DNA from: a virus
Lineage: Duplodnaviria > Caudoviricetes
IMG/VR virus record: IMGVR_UViG_3300030376_003877
Location: 1-64,000 of that record
Strand: one strand, 5' to 3'
Length of the DNA: 64,000 nt
Under the pieces are notes generated by a model. It was not told the origin of the DNA, made no database searches, and saw only the letters and a list, made by a program, of their open reading frames with translations. Both the position numbers and the translations under genes were made by a program. The first letter of the stretch is position 1. Each line of letters begins with the position of its first letter. This document shows, one piece after another, positions 17,344 through 26,014 of the stretch.

Positions 17344-19461
17344 TCAGCAGACCAGATCCATGAACTGACTCAGCACTTTTTTATTTAGTGCTTTTGCTTT
17401 AAGATTCTTAACAAAGGCAGATTTGATTTTTGCCTTAGATGCTCCCTCGTCAACATCAAAATCAATATCCGCATGAAGAGAACTTGTAAGGATGCCAAAG
17501 TACTTGGTATATCCAGAATCATCAATGGTAAAAGATTTTTCTTTACGAATTATCTTTTCTTCTGCCTCAGTAAGAATATGATACCTACGAATAAAACTAC
17601 GCAACTCACGACCACAGGTCAAACGAATACCGATAAAGTTTACCTCAGGAAATGACTGTTGAAGATCATTTAGAAGGACTCCAGTAAAATTATAGTATTC
17701 TTTTGGCACTGGATAAGTGTATCCAGTTTTTCTATTACGAACATATGAGTTCATAGTGAGTCTATTTGAACCCATACGTTCTTCTCCTTTATACTGATAG
17801 TTGGTAAGCACAGAGAGGTGATTTGCTTCACCATCAGTCAAGATTACACAATGTGCCTTCTGAACTCCATTTGATTTTTTAAACTCAGGAATAATAGAGT
17901 GGAGACAAATCAATGATTCATTCAAAGGAGTTCCCGAAAGTCCAAAGTTAGAAGGAATACTATAGTTAACCCACTTAGTAATACTATAAGCAACACGCCA
18001 GATAGAACGAAGTTGCTTCTCTAGTTCATTCCGTTTTACATCACTGGTAAAGAATTTCATCAGACTGAACTGAGGATCTATATTAAACTTACCTGCTTTC
18101 ATTTCCGAATGAGTATATTCAGATAGGTCATGCTTCCATTCAAAGGGTGTCTTCTGATAGGTGTGAGTAAAGGCATAAACATCAAAAGGAATACTAACCT
18201 TATTACAAAACCAAATCAAGTTATAAAGTTGCTTGATTGTATCAAGAAGACAGTCCTGCATTGAACCAGACCAATCAAGAATAAAAATCAACCCATGATT
18301 CTTTCCATCAGGAACAACAGTTACCTTTCGGAATAAGTCTTCATTATACTTGTAAGTATGAAGTTTGGTACAATCCAAAACACCAGTTCTAGATACCGCA
18401 GAACGAGAATACGCATCAGCAGATTTTTTACACTCAAACTCTTTTACCATATAACTTACTTCTTTCTGTGCTGATTTTTTAAACTTGGCATATTCTGCGT
18501 CAACACCGATGTAGTCAGAACCTTTTAACATTTGCTCAACCTGACCATCACGACCATAGTAAGGTCTATCTAATGCTTCACCAATCCAGTTTCCATCAAG
18601 TTCAGCATGAATATTCTGATTGCTGACCACAATTTGATTCAAGTCAACACTGGGAACTTCACAATAAAGAGACTCTCCAAAGTCAGCATTACTATTGAAC
18701 TCTTGAGCACCCTCTCGGAATGTCTCATCGGTTTGAACTTTGATGTCACTATTAGAAGTCTCAGTGTTTTCTTCTTGCTCAAACTCAGATTTACTATCAA
18801 CTTCTCCTTCTTCCATTTCAGAAGATGGTGTTGATTCGATTTGTTGATTCTCAGAATTGCCTTTTGTTTCTTTATCAGGTTGCTGTGATTTACTTTGCTG
18901 TTGCTGTTGCTGTTGATTAATCTGATTCTTACAATAATCATAAAGCATCTCTGCTGCTACGCAGGCATCAGCATATGTTTCAGATGCTCCAATGACATCA
19001 ATGATTTTTTGCTCATCTTCTGTAAATGTTAGGTCAATAAACCCACCAATCTTAAACCAGAGGTTAGCACGATCAGCAAGATTCATTGCGTCTACATTTT
19101 CATCTTCCAAACAAAAGAAATCTTCATCAGAAAGTTCATTGTATGCTTTGTAAAATGTTTTAGATAATCCAGGATAACGACGTTTGATTAATTTTTCAAT
19201 ACGGGCATCCTCAGTTACATTAACAAACTGATGTGGAATATGTTTAGGAGGATCTACATTGGGAGTGTACAGTGCATGTCCCACTTCATGTCCTACAAGC
19301 ATATCATACACACTCCCACTTGCGCGTTTCCAGTTAGGAAGAGTTAGTACGCGGGTATCTACATTAAACTGGGCAGTCTCTACATTCCGATTCTCTACAA
19401 CCAGGTCTTCTGTAGCGAGCAGTTTAGCAAGCTGTGATTTGATTTCGTAGTTAACAGGCAT
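17344..19461 (-). CDS. Putative metallopeptidase-vWA domain protein (CobT-like partner of the AAA+ ATPase)
   Basis: N-terminal HEVGH + EDARIE, acidic/Gln-rich linker, C-terminal vWA with MIDAS LDWSGSM, GTPL, LTDGE. Confidence 0.85.
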   Translation of the reverse strand: MPVNYEIKSQLAKLLATEDLVVENRNVETAQFNVDTRVLTLPNWKRASGSVYDMLVGHEVGHALYTPNVDPPKHIPHQFVNVTEDARIEKLIKRRYPGLSKTFYKAYNELSDEDFFCLEDENVDAMNLADRANLWFKIGGFIDLTFTEDEQKIIDVIGASETYADACVAAEMLYDYCKNQINQQQQQQQSKSQQPDKETKGNSENQQIESTPSSEMEEGEVDSKSEFEQEENTETSNSDIKVQTDETFREGAQEFNSNADFGESLYCEVPSVDLNQIVVSNQNIHAELDGNWIGEALDRPYYGRDGQVEQMLKGSDYIGVDAEYAKFKKSAQKEVSYMVKEFECKKSADAYSRSAVSRTGVLDCTKLHTYKYNEDLFRKVTVVPDGKNHGLIFILDWSGSMQDCLLDTIKQLYNLIWFCNKVSIPFDVYAFTHTYQKTPFEWKHDLSEYTHSEMKAGKFNIDPQFSLMKFFTSDVKRNELEKQLRSIWRVAYSITKWVNYSIPSNFGLSGTPLNESLICLHSIIPEFKKSNGVQKAHCVILTDGEANHLSVLTNYQYKGEERMGSNRLTMNSYVRNRKTGYTYPVPKEYYNFTGVLLNDLQQSFPEVNFIGIRLTCGRELRSFIRRYHILTEAEEKIIRKEKSFTIDDSGYTKYFGILTSSLHADIDFDVDEGASKAKIKSAFVKNLKAKALNKKVLSQFMDLVC

Positions 19462-19484
19462 CCTTGCTTTGCTGGTATGTGAAT

Positions 19485-19537
19485 ATCATACCAGAGTCAA
19501 ATCCGTTTTTGAAGGAAGGTAGGCAGTTCTCCAACTG
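19485..19537 (-). promoter_or_regulatory. Putative promoter for the peptidase-vWA gene
   Basis: TGG-TATGAT extended -10 at 19485-19490, TTCAAA at 17-nt spacing, upstream inverted repeat GCCAGTT-GGAG-AACTGCC. Confidence 0.55.
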
Positions 19538-19550
19538 GCACATAAACCAA

Positions 19551-19579
19551 TCCCCCACACCTATTTAAGGTGCAGGGGA
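19551..19579 (-). terminator. Strong hairpin (probable terminator or structured RNA) after the small Cys-rich gene
   Basis: TCCCCTGCACCT-TAAAT-AGGTGTGGGGGA, 12 bp including 2 G-U; weak U-tract (TTGGTTT). Confidence 0.55.
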
Positions 19580-19625
19580 CTTTGGTGGGATACTCCTAAG
19601 TAAGTGTGGGTTTAAAGTTAAGTAA

Positions 19626-19796
19626 CTATTCTTTAGTCAAAATGTGCCTGCAGAACCTCCTTGCAGTTTGATCTATAATACCGCATTCCGAAATACATTG
19701 GAAATAATCAGATACCTGATCGTATTTTTCACTGACAGTTTCTTTATCATCCCATGTCCAGGATGCAAGTTCATTGCGTGATATCAGGTTATGCAT
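19626..19796 (-). CDS. Small Cys-containing protein, 56 aa (MHNLISRNELASW...DYFQCISECGIIDQTARRFCRHIL), below ORF-track cutoff
   Basis: Hand-translated; SD GGAG, own TATAAT at 19817-19822 and a downstream hairpin. Confidence 0.75.
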   Translation of the reverse strand: MHNLISRNELASWTWDDKETVSEKYDQVSDYFQCISECGIIDQTARRFCRHILTKE

Positions 19797-19866
19797 AGTA
19801 TTCTCCGTGTCACTACATTATATAGTCAGCGTTTGCTAACTTAACAAATATTTGTTACAATATAAT

Positions 19867-21579
19867 CTAACTTAACATTTTAGAAAATCCTTTAACTTTT
19901 TCAAACTTTATTACTTTATCAAACTTATCTTCCATACCGGTCTTGTGAGAAATAACAAAGATATTAGCATCCTTGATTACATATCTGATGATCTTAAGGA
20001 ACTCATCTGTTCCAAAACCATCAAGAGATGAATCGAATACTTCATCCATGATTAGTAGATTAGTGTTGACTGAATTTTTAAGTCTAGCAATCTCCCTCCA
20101 AGTGAATAGAAGAGATAAGTCTACTCGCATTTTCTCCCCTTCAGAGAAAGATGCATATGTAAAGTCTTCGTGAATTGGTGTTTCAATAGACTCATTGAAC
20201 TCCTCATCAAGTTTAAAGTTGATGTAAAAGTCCATCATCTGGAGATACCGATTAACTTGTCGATTAATCAGAGGCAGATATTTGTTTATGATTTTTCCTT
20301 TGACACCACCATCCTTCAAGAGGGTATGTATAAAATCATAGTAGGTAACTTTCTCTTTACGTTCAGCAAGTCTATCGTAAGTCTCCTGAAGACTTTCTCT
20401 GAACGTTTCTAGTTTTTCATGTTCAGTATTTCTATTTTCGATCTGACTGGTAATAGTTTGAACTTCTGATTCCAGTCGTTTGACCTGTCTTTGATACCCA
20501 GTGATCTGAGTATTATTTGTAGAAATGCCATTAAGTGAGTTACTAAGTTCCTTAGATAATTGTTTAAATTGGGACTCTCTCAACTCTTCATCTTTAATCG
20601 CTTTTTGGAGATCATCAAACCCCTTACGCAATTCTTCTGCTTTATTTTGTGAGTCCCTGATCCTATTTACACGAAATGATTCTTCGATACTTTGATCGCA
20701 GGTGGGACATACCGTATTGTCTGTGAAAAACTTATGCTCTTTTACAATAGAAGATATCTTCTGCGACATCTTCCCTTTGATGCTGCCAAACTCACGAAGT
20801 CTAGATCCAGAATCTTCAAACTTCAATACTTGTTCACGAATATTATTCAGTTCAAGATCCTTATCCAATCCCCATTGGAATGCCTTTTCAATCTCCGCAT
20901 TGATGCTATCAATAGTGTTTAGTTTAGAGTCAATATCTTCTTTACTTTGGTTTTCTATTTTCTTAATAAAGTCTTTCTGCATATCAACTTTATCTTTGAT
21001 AGATTCTTTCTTGAGTTCTAATGTCTTAACTTCATCTCTAATCATACGAATCTTTGTCTTAATGATATCATTCATCGAGGAAAAGATTTTAATATCTAAA
21101 AGGTCTTCAACAACTTCTCTACGACTTGATACTGGTAGTTGCATAAAAGGAACAAAAGTGCTGCTACCCAAAATTACAATCTGAGTAAAACTTTTATAGT
21201 TCATCTTTAGAACATTCTGTTCTAACCACTTCTGCTGATCAATAGCAGAGTGAGATTGATTCAGTTCTTCACCATTGCGATATATCTTAAAAATATTAGG
21301 TTTAATTCCTCTCTCAACTTTCCAATCAGTATTGTTAACGCTAAACTCAATATTTACAAGACATCCTTTTTCATTTACGCTATTTACTAATTGTCCTTTA
21401 TTGATTTTACGAAAGGATTTACCATATAATGAAAATGTAAGAGCATCCAAAATGGTTGATTTGCCAGCACCATTTGTTCCAACAATAAGAGTTGTAGATG
21501 AGTTATCTAGATTTACAGTAGTAGGGTGCTGTCCGGTAGAAAGAAAGTTTTGCCAGGTAATGGTCTTAAAGATAATCAT
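19867..21579 (-). CDS. gp46: Recombination endonuclease ATPase subunit (gp46, SbcC/Rad50-like)
   Basis: GTNGAGKS, CPTC zinc hook, FSEGE signature, LLIMDE. Confidence 0.96.
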   Translation of the reverse strand: MIIFKTITWQNFLSTGQHPTTVNLDNSSTTLIVGTNGAGKSTILDALTFSLYGKSFRKINKGQLVNSVNEKGCLVNIEFSVNNTDWKVERGIKPNIFKIYRNGEELNQSHSAIDQQKWLEQNVLKMNYKSFTQIVILGSSTFVPFMQLPVSSRREVVEDLLDIKIFSSMNDIIKTKIRMIRDEVKTLELKKESIKDKVDMQKDFIKKIENQSKEDIDSKLNTIDSINAEIEKAFQWGLDKDLELNNIREQVLKFEDSGSRLREFGSIKGKMSQKISSIVKEHKFFTDNTVCPTCDQSIEESFRVNRIRDSQNKAEELRKGFDDLQKAIKDEELRESQFKQLSKELSNSLNGISTNNTQITGYQRQVKRLESEVQTITSQIENRNTEHEKLETFRESLQETYDRLAERKEKVTYYDFIHTLLKDGGVKGKIINKYLPLINRQVNRYLQMMDFYINFKLDEEFNESIETPIHEDFTYASFSEGEKMRVDLSLLFTWREIARLKNSVNTNLLIMDEVFDSSLDGFGTDEFLKIIRYVIKDANIFVISHKTGMEDKFDKVIKFEKVKGFSKMLS

Positions 21580-21838
21580 TAGCGTCGTCAGGTGGAATTA
21601 CAATATCATTTTTAGAAATCACGGCATAGCGATGACCATGCATTTCACATGTCTTTATCATCAACTCATCGTCAACTTCAAGAACGTGCATCTCAGGGTA
21701 TTCTATTTCTTCTAGTTGCATAGCATAACGCATTGCATCATCTTCTTGTTCAAATAGATAAAGAACTTGTTCTCCATCATCATCAATTACAGAATATGCT
21801 CCTTCTTTTTCTTTTCCAGCTACTGTAATAATAAACAT
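21566..21838 (-). CDS. Hypothetical protein (DUF3110-like)
   Basis: VLYLFEQEDDAMRYAMQLE motif; position between gp47 and gp46. Confidence 0.7.
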   Translation of the reverse strand: MFIITVAGKEKEGAYSVIDDDGEQVLYLFEQEDDAMRYAMQLEEIEYPEMHVLEVDDELMIKTCEMHGHRYAVISKNDIVIPPDDANDYL

Positions 21839-22881
21839 TAGATCAGTTCACATGCTTCTTGATAGGTTTCTCTCATAAAGTTTTTGACAGTAGATTTATC
21901 TAAACTAATGTCTGCTTCTTCAATATATCTATCAAGAATAGAAAGAGTGTTTTCTGTTTCTACGTCGCCAACATCTACGTCTTCGTCGTTAAGAATAAAG
22001 TTTTCAGCAATTTTCAAATCAGCAACGTTTGCATTGTATAACTTATCAATATACTTTTCAAACTTAACACTATCAGTTTTCTTACGAACAACAACTTTTA
22101 CAATTTTGTTTTCATATTTGGTAGCATCAAATAGTTGGTGGTCTGTATCTTCGTAGTAAAGAACATGAAACAGGGTATATGGATTGTTTATTGGAGCATG
22201 TTCCAGAGTTTCTGTATCAAAGATGTGAAATCCTCTCCGATCACCGACATCGTTCCAGAACATCTCATAGGGGTTGCCTAGGTAATAGATTCGTCCATCA
22301 TCCGATCTAGTGTGATAGTGACCGGAGAAGACCTTGGTGAACTTTGAATATAACTCGCTTGCATGACCATGATCCATGACGAGTTGTTTACTAACTCTAA
22401 ATCCTGCGAGTTCAAGGTGCCCCATCGCGCACTCGCAAGTTGAACTTTTAATAAGTTTATAAGTTTCTTCTTCATTGTCTTCACATATCCATGGAATGTA
22501 TAATAGTTTGCGTCCATCTATTTCTACTTCCGTAGCACTAGAATATGTGGTTACATTATCATACTCTTTGAGAAGAAGTTCTACTGCATTGATAGAGTTG
22601 GTATTTTTATAGTAAGCATCATGATTGCCAACCATCAGGTCCATAGTAATGCCCATCTTTTTCAGAGGTTCAAATACTACTCTCTTCGCCCAGTCTAATG
22701 ATTTAAACTCTATTCCTTTCCTGCTATCAAAAGCATCACCCATGTGGATAACATGAGTGATTTTTTCTTTTTCTAAAGTAGGAAAGAATATATCATTGTA
22801 AAACTTCTCAAAGTAATCATGAAATAATCTAGAACCCTTACGTGCTCCAAAATGAGTATCAGTTATAATAGCAACGCGCAT
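21838..22881 (-). CDS. gp47: Recombination endonuclease nuclease subunit (gp47, SbcD/Mre11-like)
   Basis: Metallophosphoesterase motifs DTHFG, MGDAFD, GNHD, GHYH. Confidence 0.96.
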   Translation of the reverse strand: MRVAIITDTHFGARKGSRLFHDYFEKFYNDIFFPTLEKEKITHVIHMGDAFDSRKGIEFKSLDWAKRVVFEPLKKMGITMDLMVGNHDAYYKNTNSINAVELLLKEYDNVTTYSSATEVEIDGRKLLYIPWICEDNEEETYKLIKSSTCECAMGHLELAGFRVSKQLVMDHGHASELYSKFTKVFSGHYHTRSDDGRIYYLGNPYEMFWNDVGDRRGFHIFDTETLEHAPINNPYTLFHVLYYEDTDHQLFDATKYENKIVKVVVRKKTDSVKFEKYIDKLYNANVADLKIAENFILNDEDVDVGDVETENTLSILDRYIEEADISLDKSTVKNFMRETYQEACELI

Positions 22882-23384
22882 CAGTTACGAAGTTTTGAAT
22901 GAACGGCATCTTTGATGCTATTGTACTCGCTATAGTTGGCAGAGTCAAGGTCGTTCGCATCAAAGACTTCATCAAAGTTGGTCTTCTCAAGAATCTTGTT
23001 TTTAATTTCTAACTGCTTCTTCTCTTGCTGAATCCTTCTCAGAAAAGCATAGTAGATGATTTGTGTGAAATACGCAAATGGATTCTTTGACTTCTCTGGA
23101 TTAAAGTTATGAACGTATCTTACACAGTTTTCAATACCATCACAAATCATATCATCTTTGAACATATAGTTCACGAAGTTTGGTTTGTATGATAAATGGT
23201 TAGCAATCTTGAGAAAGCACTCTCCAATATACCTAGGAATCTGAGGTTTGGGTTGATCATTCAACTTTGCTCTTTCTACTTTAATAAAGTAATCCTCTAG
23301 AGCATTAAGAAATTCTTTATTATTAACGTAGTGTTCTGATTTCTTAGGTCTAGGCATAGTTCCATACGATTTAGTTGCATTCAT
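22881..23384 (-). CDS. gp55: Late-transcription sigma factor (T4 gp55-like)
   Basis: HYVNNKEF, YMFKDDMICDG, NPFAYFTQIIYYAFLRRI; start 23384 or 23357 because the ORF-track start lies within the promoter. Confidence 0.95.
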   Translation of the reverse strand: MNATKSYGTMPRPKKSEHYVNNKEFLNALEDYFIKVERAKLNDQPKPQIPRYIGECFLKIANHLSYKPNFVNYMFKDDMICDGIENCVRYVHNFNPEKSKNPFAYFTQIIYYAFLRRIQQEKKQLEIKNKILEKTNFDEVFDANDLDSANYSEYNSIKDAVHSKLRN

Positions 23385-23408
23385 AATATATTTAAATCTG
23401 TTCCTTAC

Positions 23409-23437
23409 ATTATAACAGAAAAACAAGTAGTTGACAA
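23409..23437 (-). promoter_or_regulatory. Sigma70-type promoter for gp55-gp47-gp46
   Basis: TTGTCA-N17-TATAAT with a TG extended -10. Confidence 0.8.
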
Positions 23438-23459
23438 GATTACGATTACCCTATAGACT
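23431..23459 (+). promoter_or_regulatory. Divergent sigma70-type promoter (antisense to the phage genes)
   Basis: TTGACA-N17-TAGACT on the plus strand, sharing the -35 region with the gp55 promoter. Confidence 0.6.
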
Positions 23460-23486
23460 AGGTTTGTCGCCTTTGAAGAAAAGGTT

Positions 23487-23873
23487 CTAGCTATTATTAT
23501 AGAGTTTCTCTAAAACCTCTTTTGCTTCATGGACAGAAGAGATGTATCCCATCTTTCTGTCTAGTTTGGAGTTATTACCTTTAAACATTTTACGAATATA
23601 ATCTTGATAATATACAATCATTTCAATATCAGATGATTCAGACAATGTAAGAACATCTTCTAAGTTAATAATGAACATATCTTCTTTAGTGGTCTTTAGC
23701 CAAGGTTCAAACTTATAACCTGTTGAAGTTCCTCTTATTCGTATCTCTTCAACCATAATAGGATTAGAAATAATTAACATTGTCCTATTTTCTTCTTCTG
23801 ATGCTGCCACCTTAGCAAATATCTCTTCTCCACATTTAAGTTTTATCGTTGCATAAAAGTCATCTTCAATCAT
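23487..23873 (-). CDS. Hypothetical protein between uvsW and gp55
   Basis: 128-aa ORF, FYATIKLKCGEEIFAKV...PWLK; usual position in cyanomyoviruses. Confidence 0.8.
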   Translation of the reverse strand: MIEDDFYATIKLKCGEEIFAKVAASEEENRTMLIISNPIMVEEIRIRGTSTGYKFEPWLKTTKEDMFIINLEDVLTLSESSDIEMIVYYQDYIRKMFKGNNSKLDRKMGYISSVHEAKEVLEKLYNNS

Positions 23874-23889
23874 AAATTAATCTCCTTTG

Positions 23890-25353
23890 CTAGTCTTTTA
23901 TATCAATAGATATGATGTCATAGTTAAATTGTTCTTGAACATATATTTTCACTCTTTCAATAAAATGGTTTAAGGTATAGTTTTTCCTAGAACCACTAGT
24001 TAAGTCATCAGCAATATCATAAAGTTTTGCTTTAGTCTTATCTTTGCCTTTTCGCAGGACTCTACCAATACTTTGTAAATTGCGTATACGAGATTTTGAT
24101 GGAGAGGCAAATATTACGTTATGAAGATTCTTGATATTGATTCCTGTACTGAATGTTCCGTAAGAAGCAACGATGATTGCATCCTTTTCCAGTTCAGTAA
24201 TCGCTCTTACGTGTTCTCTATCTTGGGCGTCTACACCACCATGAATAAAGAATACTTTTCTTTCTTCATCTACGTTTTTATTTATTAATTCAAAAAGTAC
24301 CTTACCATGTGCTTCAACACGACTGAATAGAATTAAAGTATTACCTTTCAAATCTATTGATAGATTTTTAATGAAGTTATTTCTTTTCTCATGTGATATA
24401 AGAAACTGAATCTCATCTTCATAAGTATCAAACTTTTTTGGTTTATACTTCAAGACTAGACATTGTATATCCAATGTAGCAAGATGACCTTGATCGATTA
24501 GTTTCTTAGTTTGAGTGACTTTATATGATGGGCCAAAGAGACCCTCTAACACCCACTTATGCGTCTGTGTGCCGTCTAAAGTACCTGTGAATCCATATCT
24601 ATACTTAGCATGATGTAACTTGTCCATAATCCCTACAAGGGACTTACTTTTAAAAAGGTGCGCCTCATCACCAATCACCACATCATAGTCCTCAAAGAAC
24701 GTTCTATCTAACTGATACACAGACTGCCAAGTAGTAATAGTTACTTCATTAGTATTGACTCTCTCACGCCCTGCATAGATTCTATGGCAGTAGTTCTCTG
24801 CATCCCACCCATAGTCCTGGAAGTCTTTAAACATCTGCTCTACAAGCGATGTAGTAGGGACTACAAGAAGTATCTTTTTACCTGAGTTAACAAAGTATCT
24901 CACAATCGTATAGATCATGAATGACTTGCCAGATGCAGTTGGAGATATAAGAAGTTTTCTGTTATACCTTAACGCATCATGAACAGCATCAATCTGATAA
25001 TCTCTTGGTTTGAGATTAGTGATTGTTCCCATAAAGTCTTTGACACCCTCCTCTGAAATCATTTGATTGACTTCAAATGGAGGACCATAAAATTTATTAT
25101 CTTCAAACTGATATGAATATCCTGCTTGCTCACAAAATGCTACAATCTTATCCAAGAGACCAACATAGATTCTCTTAGTCTTCATATTGAATAAGTGTAC
25201 ATATCCATCCCAGTACTTGCTTCTGTACTGAGGCATAAACTTTTTATTTGGAACCTCAAAAGTGAATCTATCTCTCAGTTCATGTTCAACATGAGGTTCA
25301 GTATCAATCTTCAAATAAACTTCATTTACCTTCTGTATCACCAGGTTGGTCAT
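23890..25353 (-). CDS. uvsW: SF2 DNA helicase UvsW
   Basis: SPTASGKS, DEAH, GFTGTL, QSIGRVLR; ATAAATA at 25374-25380. Confidence 0.96.
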   Translation of the reverse strand: MTNLVIQKVNEVYLKIDTEPHVEHELRDRFTFEVPNKKFMPQYRSKYWDGYVHLFNMKTKRIYVGLLDKIVAFCEQAGYSYQFEDNKFYGPPFEVNQMISEEGVKDFMGTITNLKPRDYQIDAVHDALRYNRKLLISPTASGKSFMIYTIVRYFVNSGKKILLVVPTTSLVEQMFKDFQDYGWDAENYCHRIYAGRERVNTNEVTITTWQSVYQLDRTFFEDYDVVIGDEAHLFKSKSLVGIMDKLHHAKYRYGFTGTLDGTQTHKWVLEGLFGPSYKVTQTKKLIDQGHLATLDIQCLVLKYKPKKFDTYEDEIQFLISHEKRNNFIKNLSIDLKGNTLILFSRVEAHGKVLFELINKNVDEERKVFFIHGGVDAQDREHVRAITELEKDAIIVASYGTFSTGINIKNLHNVIFASPSKSRIRNLQSIGRVLRKGKDKTKAKLYDIADDLTSGSRKNYTLNHFIERVKIYVQEQFNYDIISIDIKD

Positions 25354-25379
25354 AATATACTCTTACCTGGAAATATTTA

Positions 25380-25580
25380 TTACATATTATTAAACTTATA
25401 ATCCAATATCATCCTATACAATGAGTCTCTCAAAACCCATAAGTGCTCTTGCTCCATTGGGTCTCTGGATGGAGATCCTTCCCATAATCTTATACGCTCA
25501 AGAACACAATGATGTAACAGATGAATATCCTGTATGGTTAAGTTTACAGTATAATCGTATTCTGGTTGTTCTTGATTCAT
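25380..25580 (-). CDS. Small hypothetical protein
   Basis: 66-aa ORF between uvsY and uvsW. Confidence 0.7.
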   Translation of the reverse strand: MNQEQPEYDYTVNLTIQDIHLLHHCVLERIRLWEGSPSRDPMEQEHLWVLRDSLYRMILDYKFNNM

Positions 25581-26014
25581 TAACCTAGTCCTGATGAAAA
25601 CTTCATAAATTCCAGTGCATTCTTGATTTGATATGTCCTATTGTATATCATCTTCAATATCTCTTCAATATATTTTAATGTTGTATCATAATATTCTATT
25701 TTTAACGAAAGTCCTGAGAGTTTTGTATCCGCATCCAAATATTTTTGCATAGTGTCTTTATCTCTAATCTTTTTAGGAAATGGATTTTCAGCATATACTT
25801 CTGGATCTGCTTTTCCAGAGTAATATTCATATCTTTCGTGTCTAATATTTTTTCTTTGTTGTTCTGCTTTCTTTCTGAGAAGTATTAAGTTATTGTAGAT
25901 ATCATAATATTTGGCATGTAAAACTGGAATATTAAGTGATTCAGTATGTAAATTATCTGGATCAATCTTTGAGTCCTTTTCCCACATACCTTGCACAGTC
26001 ACAAGATCAATCAT
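25580..26014 (-). CDS. uvsY: Recombination mediator UvsY
   Basis: WEKDSKID...LHAKY...YYSGKADPEVY...RTYQIKNALEF; start MIDL overlaps the gp3 stop. Confidence 0.9.
   Translation of the reverse strand: MIDLVTVQGMWEKDSKIDPDNLHTESLNIPVLHAKYYDIYNNLILLRKKAEQQRKNIRHERYEYYSGKADPEVYAENPFPKKIRDKDTMQKYLDADTKLSGLSLKIEYYDTTLKYIEEILKMIYNRTYQIKNALEFMKFSSGLG

Noticed and set aside
19626-19796. Calling the small Cys protein CP12
   Set aside because: It lacks the AWDxVEEL core and the C-terminal CxxxPxxxxC loop of CP12.
19842-19861. NtcA box, HLR1/RpaB site or Pho box at the palindrome
   Set aside because: Spacing does not fit GTA-N8-TAC; only one HLR1 half-site (GTTACAAT) with no direct repeat at 10 nt; no tandem Pho repeats.
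23385-23426. ORF-track N-terminal extension of gp55 (MFFCYNVRNR...)
   Set aside because: It overlaps the gene's own -10 element, so it lies upstream of the predicted TSS.
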